Shown: positions 1 through 12,146, counted from the stretch's first letter. The stretch: DNA of 64,000 bases from Heteronotia binoei (GCF_032191835.1 NC_083236.1:40238001-40302000); one strand, 5' to 3'. The notes: generated by a model not told the origin, from the sequence alone. Numbers and translations are program-made.

Positions 1-22
1 AAGAAGAACCTTTCTTCCCTGA

Positions 23-305
23 GAGAGCCAGTTTGGTGTAGTGGTTAAGTGTGTGGACTCTTATCTGGGAGAACCAGGTTTGATTCCCCACTCCTCCACT
101 TGCACCTGCTGGCATGGCCTTGGGTCAGCCATAGCTCTGGCAGAGGTTGTCCTTGAAAGGGCAGCTGCTGTGAGAGTCCTCTCAGCCCCATCCACCTCAC
201 AGGGTGTCTGTTGTGGTGGTGGGGGGAGATAAAGGAGATTGTGAGCCGCTCTGAGACTCTTGAGTGGAGGGCGAATATAAATCCAATGTCATCATCTTCT
301 TCTTC
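23..305 (+). mobile_element. tRNA-derived SINE, long Squam3-like
   Basis: A box (TGGTGTAGTGG) and B box (GGTTTGATTCC), L2-like 3' end (GTGAGCCGCTCTGAG...GAGGGCG..ATATAAAT) and (TCT)n tail; at least 6 related copies in the window. Confidence 0.85.
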
Positions 306-740
306 TGTTCACCAACAGTAAAGGAAGTCGGATCCAACCTAATGCTTTCGCTCATAGTTTTTAAATCAAAGGTACCTTTGATGTATCTATACCATTGGGA
401 CAACTTCTTAGATTATGCAGTCAAGATTCTTGATTTATCCAGAAACCCATTCATGAATTTCCAAAACAACAACAATAAAAACCATGGTTTGGAAAACTAA
501 TGTCAATGTAACATTTATTCATATATACCTTGAGAGGCTTGGCTAACTATGTGTGAAACCTGCCCCATTATTTGGTGCAGTCATCTACTCTTCCATGGAA
601 AGACAGTGTCTTAAGATGTCACTGCTTTCTAGGCAACTCCTGTGCATTAAGGATTCTTGTTCTCCCTCCCTGGAAAAAGACATTGTGAAAACTGATTCAC
701 AACGTATATCAGGAGGCCCAAATTATAGGGCTGTATGGTA

Positions 741-1026
741 AAGCCCCGTGGTGCAGAGTGGTAAGCTGCAGTATTGCAGTCCAATATCTTCTCATGACCT
801 GAGTTCAACCTGGGTTCAGATAGCCGGCTCAAGGTTGACTCAGCCTTCCATCCTTCTGAGGTCAGTAAAATGAGTACCCAGAGTGTAGATGACTGGGGAA
901 GGCAATGGCAAACAACCCCATAACAAAAAGTCTGTAAAGAAAACGTCCTGATGTGACATCATCCCAGGAATCGGTAACAACCCGGTACTTGCACAGGGGG
1001 ACTACCTTTACCTCTACCTACCTTTA
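741..1026 (+). mobile_element. Sauria SINE (Squam1)
   Basis: tRNA-like head GTGGTGCAGAGTGG...GAGTTCAA, central GGCTCAAGGTTGACTCAGCCTTCCATCC block, BovB-like 3' end with GGAAGGCAATGGCAAAC and (ACCTTT)-type tail. Confidence 0.8.
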
Positions 1027-1659
1027 GGGTAGATACAGAGGTTAGCTTTATTGGTCTGCTATGGAACAGCTAAATTTGAGTTCAATAGCACCTTAGAAAC
1101 CAACAAGAGTTTCAGGACATAAGATTTCAAGGATCAAAACGCCAATATGATGCTATTATACACTTATAATAGATATCATTTTCAGGTTATGTCGCCTTGA
1201 GCTCAGCGGGGGTCCATGGATCGTCTCTGAATCAGGAGGTTGGAGGGGTGCCACAGACGTAGCACCCCCCGGGAGACCATGAAGGAGTTTTCTTTCAGCA
1301 TGGGACTTTTGCAGGAAGCCAGGGGCATAGCGGCAGCTGTTCCTGTCCTTCTTGTATTCCCCGAAGCTCCACTGCCATGATAGCTAACAGAGCAGTAAGA
1401 GGTGAATGTCCGACCGCTTGCTTTCTTTTCTCTCAATAAGCTTTTGATGTATCGCTTCCCTACCTCAAGCATGGCAATTCTACTTGGCAAGTGAGTGTGC
1501 TTTCAATACCACTGGCTAATGGGTCATTTTACATAACAACAAGTGGGTCAGTTCAAAGGAAGGGAAAGAGGTGGATTCCACCCCCACTTTCCCTGTGAAT
1601 GAAGTTTCAAAAAGTTAAAGAACAACTTTGAGCATTGGCAACAATTTGAATTAGACAGA

Positions 1660-3740
1660 ATACAGATACCTAAATCGACCTGGATTATAATTGGATATGT
1701 GTTAAAGAGGCTATTATCTGGCTGCAATATGGTCTGAACAAAAATGAGATATATTCTAGAGAGATCTGTCTTTGTCGTCTGATTGCAACTGAAATGGTAA
1801 CATCCAAAATCACAGCTGGGGGAGATTTGGAGAGGCAGACTAATTGGGTCTTTGAGCTAGTTTTCAATTTAGATTAATAGACTGAGTTTGTTGAAAAAGA
1901 AAAATGGCATTTCCAAGCAAAATGTTTATAAAAAAGACATATTATGTAGCATAATTTCTCTGAAGCAGGATCTTGGTTCATTAACAGAGTTGATTAAAAA
2001 ACAAATGGGAGCTTTTATGCTGAAAGCTAGCGAAATCTCAAATCTACATGAGCAGAGTGTTAAAGAGATCCTGGTGATGTCTGTAGAATTGGAAAGGGAG
2101 AGTGATCCGCTGGGAAACGAACAAAAGAAAACCAAAATGGAACCTTATGGCGCAGTTAAAAAGAAGGACTGGAAATCGAGACTGATTGAAGTTTTGTCGA
2201 GAGTAGAAATCCTTCCTACTTTTAGCGAGAGGGATGACTGCATTAAGGAGAGAGAAGGTGCATCTCAGCCAAAAAATCAAGATGTGGAATTTTTTCAGGA
2301 AAAAGGGTTTTTGAATTGTCTCTTTCTCTGTGGGTAGTCAGATAGGAAACTCTCAATAAGAACTGACATGCGATCTTAAAAGGCTAAGGGTGTTTTCGCA
2401 CTCACCTTCAGCCAGCGCCGCGACCCTCTTGACGACGGAGGATCTGTGCTGATTTCCCACACGAAGCGCTGGAGCAACCAGAAGAGCCGCCAATTTCCGG
2501 CGCGAAGCCCGCTCAAACGTAAATCGCCAGGAAGCAGGAAAACGCTTGAGCGGGCTTCGCGCCGGAAATTGGCGGCTCTTCTGGTTGCTCCAGCGCTTCG
2601 TGTGGGAAATCAGCACAGATCCTCCGTCGTCAAGAGGGTCGCGGCGCCGGCTGAAGGTGAGTGCGAAAACACCCTAAGTGAGATTTTTGGGTTATATTAA
2701 GCTGTCTCTTCTAGAGTAATATGAATATAAGAGCTAAAGGATTGAAAAGTTTTGAAAAGAATTTTATGTAAATAAATAGTTAACGTTTAAGAAGGTAGAC
2801 AACATAATTATCTCATAATTTGGTAGATTTGCTCTTAACAGATAAAGATATTTGTTTCTTAGGCTCATTTTAATGACAATATTGTTAAACTAATAAGCTA
2901 GTCTGTATTTTCAATATGGTTGAGTTAAGCAGCAAAAAATCAAGACGTAGAAATCTTTCAGGAAGAAGGGTCTTTGAACTGTTGTTCCCTCTGTGGGTAA
3001 TTAGATATGGAATTTTTAACAAGAGCTGACATGTGATTTTAAAAGGTCGAGTGAGATCTTAAGGATGAAAAAGTTTTGCAAAAAATGTTACATAAATAAA
3101 TAGTTAATTTGGATCAATTGTTAAGAAGGAAGATAGCACAATTATTTTGTAATCTGGTAGATCTGCTCTTAATATGTTTGTTTGGAGAAACTGTCTATAC
3201 TGAGACAGATAAACTATTATGTTTTATCTTTAGCTTGTTATTTTCTTTTTCTCCCTATGTTCTATGACATTTTAAATCTGTTTTTTTCCTTTCTTTCTGC
3301 TTGAATTGTTAGTTAGAAGGATAAAGATATTTGTTTCATATGCTTATTTTAATGACGATATTGTTGAACTAACAAGTTAGTCTGTGCTTTCAATATGGTT
3401 AAGCTTAGCCAGCCAGTTCTGTGTTGAGACTGCTCTGACTCCTTTACACTTATATGTGCTGAAGAAGAATTGTTTAGACTTGTATTTTAAGTAATAGTTT
3501 AGTAAAAAAAAATCTATAATGAAAGATAAAGATGGTAAAATATATGAGGAGAACCTCATACTTGCAGATAGAAAGAATTGGGTATTTCATTTGGAGGTAG
3601 AATTGTAATGGACATATTTGCATTTTTCTTTGTTTCCGTTTTTCCCACTTTGTATCCCTTCCCCTGTTTAATGTATCTATACTTGTACCTCTTCTCTTTG
3701 TAGTTAAAATCAATATAAATTATAAAATTATAATACATAG
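1660..3740 (+). mobile_element. Degenerate, internally rearranged L1-like element (ORF1-like coiled-coil remnant, tandemly duplicated segment, T-rich 3' end)
   Basis: ORF 1888-2337 encodes an L/E/K-rich heptad-like stretch; sense strand is A-rich; 3' end is T-rich then A-rich. Family assignment is by resemblance only. Confidence 0.45.
2388..2674. mobile_element. PIF/Harbinger-type MITE, near-perfect 287-bp palindrome
   Basis: TIR GGGTGTTTTCGCACT...AGTGCGAAAACACCC; TAA TSD at 2385-2387 and 2675-2677; ~133-bp arms with 2 mismatches seen and a ~21-bp spacer; CpG intact. Confidence 0.92.
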
Positions 3741-4479
3741 CATATATTATGCGAGAAAACAGCAATGGCATTAACTTCAAGTCACTCAGTAGTTCACAGA
3801 AACTACTTTTGTACCTGCAGATTTCTGGAATCTAACCAGAGCACACACCATTGTTGCATTTGAAATCAGAAACAGTATTGAAATCCACACCAAGCAGCTT
3901 TTCAGCCAGTTTATGAAGTGCATTCTTGATTTCCAGAATCCTTGGCCAGCTATTGGTTCTGTCTGAATTAAGGGTCTAATTTCAAGGCAATTCTGTCATT
4001 GTGTCTTCTAGAAAATCAAAGTGAAAATTGTGTCAGTTCTTTCTCCTGGAAACGTACTGGCAACAAGATCCCCCCCCGCCCTTTCACTTGGAGACCTGTT
4101 ATTCCCTCACTGCTGCTATTCAAAGCCATTTTCAAACTAAGATCCTGGGTGGCAGCCAAGAAGAACAAGAAGAACATGGGAAAAACCAACACACTTGATT
4201 GAGGTTGCTTTGCAGAAAGAAGCCTATTCCAGCAAAAAAAACAACAACAACACTTTTATATAGAACACAATTCAAACTCCACAAAGCTGGAAAATGCATT
4301 GTTCCAGCTGCAAAGTGTGAGGAGTTGGTCACTTGCATACCAAAAAAAGAAGCAGAAAATAACGTATGGATTACGCTGGGTTTTATCTGTAGTTGCTCAA
4401 CAGGAGCAGTGGAAAGTGCTGTCAAGTTGCAGCTGATTTATAGCAACCCTGTAGCATTTTCAAGGCAAGAGAACAGAGA

Positions 4480-4615
4480 GAGTTTCTCATTGCCTTCCTC
4501 TGTAGAGCAACCTTTGTCTTCCTTGGAGGTCTCCCATCCAAGTACTAACCAGGACCAATGCTGCTTAGCTTCTGAGATCTGGTAAGATCAGGCTAGCCTG
4601 GGCCATCCAGGTCAA
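4480..4615 (-). mobile_element. 5S rRNA-derived SINE (5S-Sauria-like), degenerate
   Basis: Reverse complement contains 5S-like GCTAGCCTGATCTTACCAGATCTCAGAAGCTAAGCAG...TGGTTAGTACTTGGATGGGAGACC followed by GGCAATG. Confidence 0.7.
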
Positions 4616-5281
4616 GAAGATCAACAGTACTAAAGCATCAATAAACAGTTTAATGGGTTCTATCAGTGTAGGCAAACCCATCCTGGCTCTATATTTGGTC
4701 AGGGTTATCATTGTCCATGCTTATTATAGCCTGCACATATCCCCAAATTATGCCAGAGATCATTTCTCTCCTGCCATGTTCTGCTTAAGCAAATATGGTG
4801 CTCAGCATCAAGGTGTCCTCACTCTAATCCACCATACAGGCCAAAGATGAGTTGGTTTGACACAAACCAGAATTCTGCTACCTCATTCTGTAGTCTTATT
4901 CTGCTGGATAGCTAGAGCAGGAATTTCCTACTGTTCAGGGAACATGATGAGATCAGCAGAATGTAAGAGTTATATTATATTGTAGTATACTGATTTGAGT
5001 CCTGGACCTGGATGTAGGTGTTCCTTGTTCAAGGCTTTGCATAGCTATGAAATCTGCTGGGTAATTTTGCAACAGTGTTACTTTGTCGCAGGATTTTTAA
5101 AAGGATAAAATTGATTTGGGCTGAGATCCCCAGCATGGTGCTCATGCATACCACGGGACCCACTGGTGAGTTTCTGAACATGTATTTGTTTCTTTCCCAA
5201 AGTAAAAGACCAGTAATGGCATTCTTCCACCTCATTGGAGCAAGAGGTACTTCAGAAGCCTCTAGGAGGAATAAATATCTG

Positions 5282-5477
5282 CAAGGCTTTTTTTGTAGAA
5301 AAAGCCCAGCAGGAACTCACTTGCATGTTAGGCCACACCCCCTGATGTCACCATTATTTCACAGGACTTTTTGTAGAAAAAGCCAAGCAAGGACTGATTT
5401 GCATATTAGGCCACACCCCCTGATGCCAAGCCAGCCAGAACTGCATTCTTGTGCATTCCTGCTCAAAAAAAGCTCCG
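5282..5477. mobile_element. hAT MITE, direct-dimer variant of the CAGGGCTTTTTTT family
   Basis: Two tandem copies of the left-arm module (TTTTTGTAGAAAAAGCC..TTTGCATATTAGGCCACACCCCCTGATG); degenerate 8-bp TSD AATATCTG/ACTTTCTG; empty paralogous site at ~6478-6560. Confidence 0.75.
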
Positions 5478-7504
5478 ACTTTCTGTCTGCAGGGATCACC
5501 CATTTGCAAACACCTACATCCATCATAAGATTTTGCTTGTGATTGACCCCAACAGCACCCATGGCAAGCATTTTGTGGTTGGTTCCAGCCAACATTGCAG
5601 CCATTTTGTGGTTGTGCTCTGTTCTCTAAATTCTAAAAGTGCCCACAGTTTCACCTAGACTGGTGACTCTTGATTTAGGCAGAACCATGCATGCTTTTGG
5701 AGTATGTCCTGGGACTGTGATCATGAATGAAGAACAAGGTTTTTAAAAAATGTCCTTTGTAGATAAATGGAGATGCATATTTTAACGACTGATCAGTGGA
5801 CTAAATGAAACATATGTTTCTATGTACTGAAACTGTAGTCCACAAGAAAGACAAAGCTAAGAGATGACTCTGGGAGGAGCCTGTGCACATATACAGCCAT
5901 GTCTATTTTCTTACCTGAATTTCCCATTGTCTTTTGATTTTGGCAATGTTGTTGATGCTGCTGAATGGTAATGAATTCCTTGTATGGCAGCCTGGCCTAT
6001 TGACAGAAGTATAAAATGAATGATCCGGTTAAAGACAAGTGGGAGCTCCTGTTTAGTCTGGCCCAAATTAATAGAGCAAGAGAAAACTCAATATGGCTGA
6101 AAGGAAGCAAATTTAAAACCTATTTTTAAAGTGACCCATAATTAACCTCTGAAACCCCAAGATGCTGCGAAGATAAATAGATTACTAAGGCTTATAATAG
6201 CATTGGGCATTTTTATGAACTGTAAGATAATGGCATTTCCAATTCGCTAGTCGGTCTGACATTCACTAAGTTCGTAATTACTGAGCATTATAAGGGGCTG
6301 CTCTCTCAATGCTGCTACACTGCCTCCCTTTATCTCATCTAGTTAGAGTGGGACCAGTGGGTACGCCATTCATTCTGGAGCATTAAGTCACACCACTCCA
6401 GGTATGATCCTTTGTACAGCTTGTACATTCAAAGAATGAGAGCCTGTTTTTGGAATAGATTTTTTTTTTTAAAGGTGATTCTTTTACCTCATTGGAGCAG
6501 GAGGTATTTCAGAAGACTCTAGGAAGAATAACTTTCTGTCTGCAGGGATCACACATTTGTCCCCCAAATCCCAACTCCACCTGCTTGCCCTGTCCAACTC
6601 TGCCCACCTGAGATTCTGATTTCCTGAGGACAGACCTTTCAAGATTGCTTGCTATCATTTATGATGCTAAAGTGATCTCAAAAATGTCTTCTTTTAGCTA
6701 CTGTGATTGTGAGAATGGCAGGATACTTTAAAAAGATAAGGGATAAATGAAGCTGTTCTATACTTTAAAATAGTTGTCTTTAATCTTTATGATGCAAATC
6801 ATTCATGAACGTTTCCACCACAAGGAGTCTTCAAGGTTTCAAAGGTATCCCAGAACTCCACTTTTGCCCCACTGCAACAGACTAAGAAGACTGCCCATAG
6901 GGAATCTGTTAACAATTCACTGACACTAAAATACACCTCTCTTTTTGGGCTCTGGAGTTACAAAGATTCTATTAACTGTAATCACTCATTTTCAATTCAG
7001 TTACTTAGTTACTTAGTGTCACCCCTGGAAATGTTGCACCTCACTTATTAGCATGATAAATATGCAACATTTAAAACAGCTGTCTTGAAGTTCAGAAGCT
7101 TTTCCCTACTTATAATGAAGATATCCCTGAAAGAAAGGGGTGGTGGTGGCTTCTATTAAACCAATGGGAAAAAAAATATGAAAAAAATACGCTTCACCCC
7201 ATAGTACATATTTGCATGTGCAATTAAATTTACACTTTATTTTGCTATTTGATGTACTATGTCATATGTTAGTGGAGAAAGTAGAGAGGTCTTAAGGGTG
7301 AATAGATTGGGGTGGGGGGTAAAACCCATAGGCTGTCTTGCAACCTATGGGTTTCTGCACACTATGGCATTGAATTATTAAACTAAATTCTGTTATATAA
7401 TCATGTGACTAAATATATGATAAATAATCATTTAGAAGGCAATAAAAGGAATGGAACACAACCTAACATTCAAATTTAATGTAATAGTCATCATACTTGA
7501 ATGG

Positions 7505-7950
7505 CCCAGGCTAGCCCCTCTTCAGATCTTGGGAGATTTGCAGGGTCAGCCATGGTTACTGTTTTGATGGGAGACCACTAAGGGAAGCCCAGGGCTGCTA
7601 TACAGAGAAAGGCATTGGCAAACCACCTCTGTTCATCAGAGAGCCGGTTTGGTGTAGTGGTTAAGTGTGTGGACTCTTATCTGGGAGAACCGGGTTTGAT
7701 TCCCCACTCCTCCACTTGCACCTGCTGGAATGGCCTTGGGTCAGCCATAGCTCTGGCAGAGGTTGTCCTTGAAAGGGCAGCTGCTATGAGAGCACTCTCC
7801 AGCCCCACCCACCTCACAGGGTGTCTGTTGTGGGGGAGGAAGGTAAAGGAGATTGTGAGCCGCTCTGAGACTCTTCGGAGTGGAGGGCGGGATATAAATC
7901 CAATATCTTCTTCTTCTTTTCTCTGGCTTGAAAACCCAACGGGATTGCTT
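7505..7950 (+). mobile_element. 5S-derived SINE interrupted by a Squam3-like SINE
   Basis: 5S-like head 7505-7590, then GGCATTGGCAAACCACCTCTG; the tail (CTTGAAAACCC) resumes after the nested SINE at ~7919. Confidence 0.7.
7639..7918 (+). mobile_element. Squam3-like SINE, full length and young-looking
   Basis: Near-identical to 23-305, CpGs retained, (TCT)n tail. Confidence 0.88.
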
Positions 7951-7953
7951 AAA

Positions 7954-8144
7954 TAGGGAGTCCAGCCCCCAGGTGAGACCTGGGGATCCCCCAGAATCAC
8001 AGATCACACCCACCCTACAGAGATCAGTTCCCTGGAGAAAACAGATGTTTCAGAGGGTGGCTTTGTAACCCACTGAGGTCTATGTCCTCCCCAGGCTCCA
8101 TCCTCAAAACTCAAGGAGCTTCCCAACTTAGATCTGGCAACATT
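7954..8144. mobile_element. hAT-like MITE of the TAGGGTTGCCA (Blackjack-like) TIR class
   Basis: Starts TAGGGAGTCCAG and ends CTGGCAACATTA; the internal CAGAGATCAGTTCCCTGGAGAAAA block recurs in other copies. Confidence 0.55.
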
Positions 8145-9356
8145 ACTCCCCATCCTCTGTTAGTGGCCAGTGGCACTCCTAGGTTGCCATACATCAGCTG
8201 TGACTTGATGGCACTTTCTACCACCAATGAAATAAATAAATAAAGTGCCATGCCAGTGAATGTACAGATTACATCCAATGCTGAAACAGAATAGCAGAAC
8301 ATTTTGCGACCACTCATCCTTTTGTATATGTGAATGTCCTTTGTTTCATCACTGAAATGCTCAAGGGTATGACACTATTATAGACTATATTGTAATGCAT
8401 TTTTTTCCCTTGCTGTCCAATAAAGATAGCATGATTGATTGATACTGTTCCAGAAAAGTTTTAATGTGTGAACATCCAGAACTACATATCTCCATAAAAG
8501 GGCAGACCAGACTCTACTTATTTTATGCTATTTGAATATTCTATGGAGTTTTGTTTACTTGTTCTTTATAAATGTTTAATAGGAACGCTTTAAAACTGCA
8601 GCCTTGCTGAAATTTGTTTATGACAATCCTTTTTTCTTATTATTGAATATTATATATCTTTTCACTTGTCGTCAAAGATTGCAGGTAGGCATTTTGCTCC
8701 ATAGATCTGAAAGCCATATTAGTGGGGGGAGGGGGGTTTGGTTGGGACCAGGTTTTTTTTTTTTAAGTCTTCAGGCAGTGAGCAGACTTTTAATGTCTCC
8801 CAAATTCTACCTTGGGTAAAAGGGAAAGGGACTGTTTCAGGGCATATAGGGAAAGGCTGAACTCTTACAATTTGTAAGTCTTCAAACTGAGTACAGGGAG
8901 TGTTGCAGACTGAAGTAGAGCGAAGCTACACACTATGTTTATTTATGAGTTGGGTCTGGGTTCCCCAACTCACTTCTCCAGCAGTCACACAGCAACTACC
9001 GGGTTGTGGGGGGGAGTATTTTTAAGTCCCCAGAAGCCCAATTGGGCTTGGGATGATGGCATAGGGTGAGAAGGAGGGAGGTTCCTACATGCCGTGCCAT
9101 TTTCCTAAGCCAAAAATGATGGCTCTTTGGATGTTTAGGTTTAGGAAAGCAGGGAGGAAGAAGCCCTTGCTTTCACTGTGCAACTTTCCCAAGCCTGAGT
9201 GGGTTCCTGCATGCTTTAAAAATACATTTACCTACAGACTCTTTGTGACTGAGAGGAAAGCCAGTTCTCCAGTTGGGGAATCCAAACCTGACAAGTAAAG
9301 AATAAATAAATCATGTAGTAACATGCAAAGCAGGTACTTTTAAGGTGCATCATGGC

Positions 9357-9693
9357 TAAGGTTGCAAGCCCCCAGGTCCCAGCAGGGGATTCCTCAGTTT
9401 TGGGGGCTCCTTTCCACCATGGACCAAATGGCCAGTGGGGGAAGCCCACCCCTAAACAGGGATGTCACCATGCAATGTCTCCAATGCAGTGATGTCACAC
9501 AGAAGTGAAATCATTGTGTTGGAGATATTGCACAGGGGATGCTCTAGTTTTTGGTCAAACGCTATAGTTTAAGCTCAATTTAACCATGGAGTTTGCCCAA
9601 AAACCAGAACATCCCCCATGTGATGACCCTATCCACCCCCAGAATGTTCCCCAAATCCCCCCACTGGATGGGCAAGGTGACCTGGCAACCCTA
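9357..9693. mobile_element. hAT-like MITE, TAGGGTTGCCA TIR class, with palindromic TGATGTCAC..GTGA core
   Basis: TAAGGTTGCAAG...CTGGCAACCCTA ends; internal inverted repeat at ~9470-9535. Confidence 0.6.
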
Positions 9694-10231
9694 TGGACAG
9701 CGGAGAAGCAAGAAATCACTTGAGGAACAGGTGAGAAAGACAGATGTCTCATTAACTTTTCCCCCAGTTAGGCCCATCTAAGGCCCCAGTCACACTCACC
9801 AATAAAGCCATCATGAACGTGCTGCTATTATAGTCTGTGTGTATTACCAACACATTTCCTGGATCAGACATCCCAACAACCATCCGTTCTATCCCGCGTT
9901 GTTCCCGTGATTGGTCAATCAGACGTCCTGCCAGAACTTGTTTTCTCATAGTAGCACTCTGGACCTGTGCAGGCACATTCTCAATGGCAAGACCTACTAA
10001 AACGAATGACAAAATGGCCCATAGGAAACAATGGGAGAGACTGCATTGGATATAATGGGAGACAAGATTGGATATAATCTTGGATATAATGGGAGATAAG
10101 ATTGCCAATTGACTTGCATGGGCTCCATTGAAACACACTGAAGCACAAAAACGGCTGCAATAAAAATCTGGAATGGATCTTCCAGGAAAGTCAACACAAC
10201 CTACAAGTGTCCAGGAATGGGATTCCCAGGA

Positions 10232-10426
10232 GGAAGGGCAGATTGCCAGCCCCTAGGACGGGCACAGGTGTTCTGGGTTTGAATTGCCAGGGGGGGAGGG
10301 TTGGGTTGCCACCCTCTGGGACTGGATGGCAAGGGGACAGGGCAAAATGCCAGCCTCTGGGACTGGATTGTCCAGAACAACCCAGAACACCTGTGCCAGT
10401 CCCAGGGGCTGGCAATCTGCCCTTCC
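10232..10426. mobile_element. Small inverted-repeat element (MITE-like) at the truncated 3' end of the RTE
   Basis: ~48-bp terminal inverted repeats GGAAGGGCAGATTGCCAGCCCCTAGGACGGGCACAGGTGTTCTGGGTT / AACCCAGAACACCTGTGCCAGTCCCAGGGGCTGGCAATCTGCCCTTCC; no clean TSD seen. Confidence 0.7.
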
Positions 10427-10429
10427 CCC

Positions 10430-12146
10430 AGCAACATTCACTCCAGTGGATGTTGAGGATGGTGCGAAGGCAGCGCTGATGAAAGTGCTCAAGGAGTCGC
10501 AGGTGATGATGATATAAAACCCACAATTCAGAGCCGTAGATGAGGGTTGTCATCACAACCGCTTTGTAAACATTGATCTTTGTGCCTTTTTTCAGGTGCT
10601 TGTTGCTCCACACTCTTTTATGCAGTCGGCCAAATGCACGGTTTGCCTTTGCCAGTCTATTGTCAATCTCCTTGTCGATCTTGGCGTCTGAGGAGATGAT
10701 GCACCCCAGGTAGCTGAACTGCTGGACTGTCTTCAAAACTGATTCACCCACAGTGATGCAAGGAGGGTGATAATCTTCCTGGGGTGCAGGCTGGTGGAGA
10801 ACTTCTGTCTTCTTCAGACGAACTTCTAGGCCGAATAGCTTGGCAGCCTCTGCAAAGCAGGATGTCATATGCTGCAGAGCTGATACCGAGTGGGAGACAA
10901 GTGCAGCATCATCAGCAAACAGTAGCTCTCGGATAAGTTTTTCCATTATCTTGGAGTGGGCCTTTAGTCGCCTCAGGTTGAACAGGCTGCCATCGGTGCA
11001 ATAGCGGATGTAGACACCATCTTCATCATCTAAATCTACTGCGGCTCTTTGAAGCATCATGCTAAAGAAGATCGTAAAGAGAGTTGGCGCGAGAACACAG
11101 CCTTGCTTTACACCTGTGCCTATTGGGAAGGGCTCTGAGAGATCGTTGCAGTGTCTGACTTGGCCTCGCTGGTCTTCATGTAGCTGGATGACCATACTGA
11201 GGAGCCTTGGGGGACATCCTAAACATTCCAAGATTTGCCACAGGCCGTTCCTGCTAACGGTATCAAAAGCTTTGGTAAGGTCGAGAAAAGTCACATATAG
11301 ACCCTTGTTCTGTTCCCTGCATTTCTCTTGGAGCTGCCTGAGAACAAATACCATGTTGGTGGTGCTCCTGTTAGCTGTGAAGCCACACTGGCTCTCTGGG
11401 AGGAGTTCTTCTGCAATGGTGGGCACCAGTCTGTTCAGGAGTATTCTAGCAAGGATTTTGCCTGTGATGAAGAGCAGGGTTATCCTCTGGTAGTTGGAGC
11501 AGTCTGACTTATCTCCTTTGTTCTTATGTAGAGTAATGATGATTGCATCGCGAAAGTCCTGTGGTAGTTTGCCTTGTTCCCAGCAGGTGACAAGTACTTT
11601 GTGAAGTGTGCTATGTAGTACTGTGCCCCCATGCTTCCAGATCTCTGGTGGGATTCCATCAACTCCCGCTGCCTTGCCACTTTTCAGTTGCTTGATGGCT
11701 TTAACAGTCTCTTCTAGGGTGGGGATCTCATCCAACTCTGGTTGAAGTGGGGTGAGATGGATTGCTGAATCTTGAACTATGCGATTGGCACTGAAGAGAA
11801 CCTGAAAATACTCCGACAACCGGTTCAGTATGGATGCCTTGTCTGTGAGGAGCACTTGGCCGTCTGCACTACGCAAGGGACTCTGAGCCTGATATGATGG
11901 ACCACGTACTGCCTTCAGGGCTTCGTAGAACCCTCTTAAATCACCAGTGTCTACACACAGCTGGGTTCTCTCTGCAAGCTTGGTCCACCACTCATTCTGA
12001 ATGTCTCGAAGCTTGCACTGGAGGTTGCTACATACAGCACGAAAGGTTGCTTTTTTTCCTGGGACAGGAGGGCTGAGCAAGATATGCTTGGTAGGCAGAT
12101 CTCTTTTTCGCCAGTAATTCTTGGATTTCTTGATTGTTCTTGTCAA
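10430..12146 (-). pseudogene. RTE reverse transcriptase domain
   Basis: ORF 10191-12146 carries all RT motifs; residues after ILNIHWSE are read-through into the adjacent MITE. Confidence 0.92.

Noticed and set aside
41-232. Recurrent MVKCVDSYLGEPGLIPHSSTCTC ORFs (also 7615-7956, 17613-17801, 21568-21768, 33837-34073)
   Set aside because: These are translations of SINE copies, not a gene family
2353-2700. Two opposite-strand ORFs with the same N-terminus
   Set aside because: Artefact of the palindromic MITE
10191-10430. Novel C-terminal extension of the RTE protein
   Set aside because: Read-through into the adjacent inverted-repeat element
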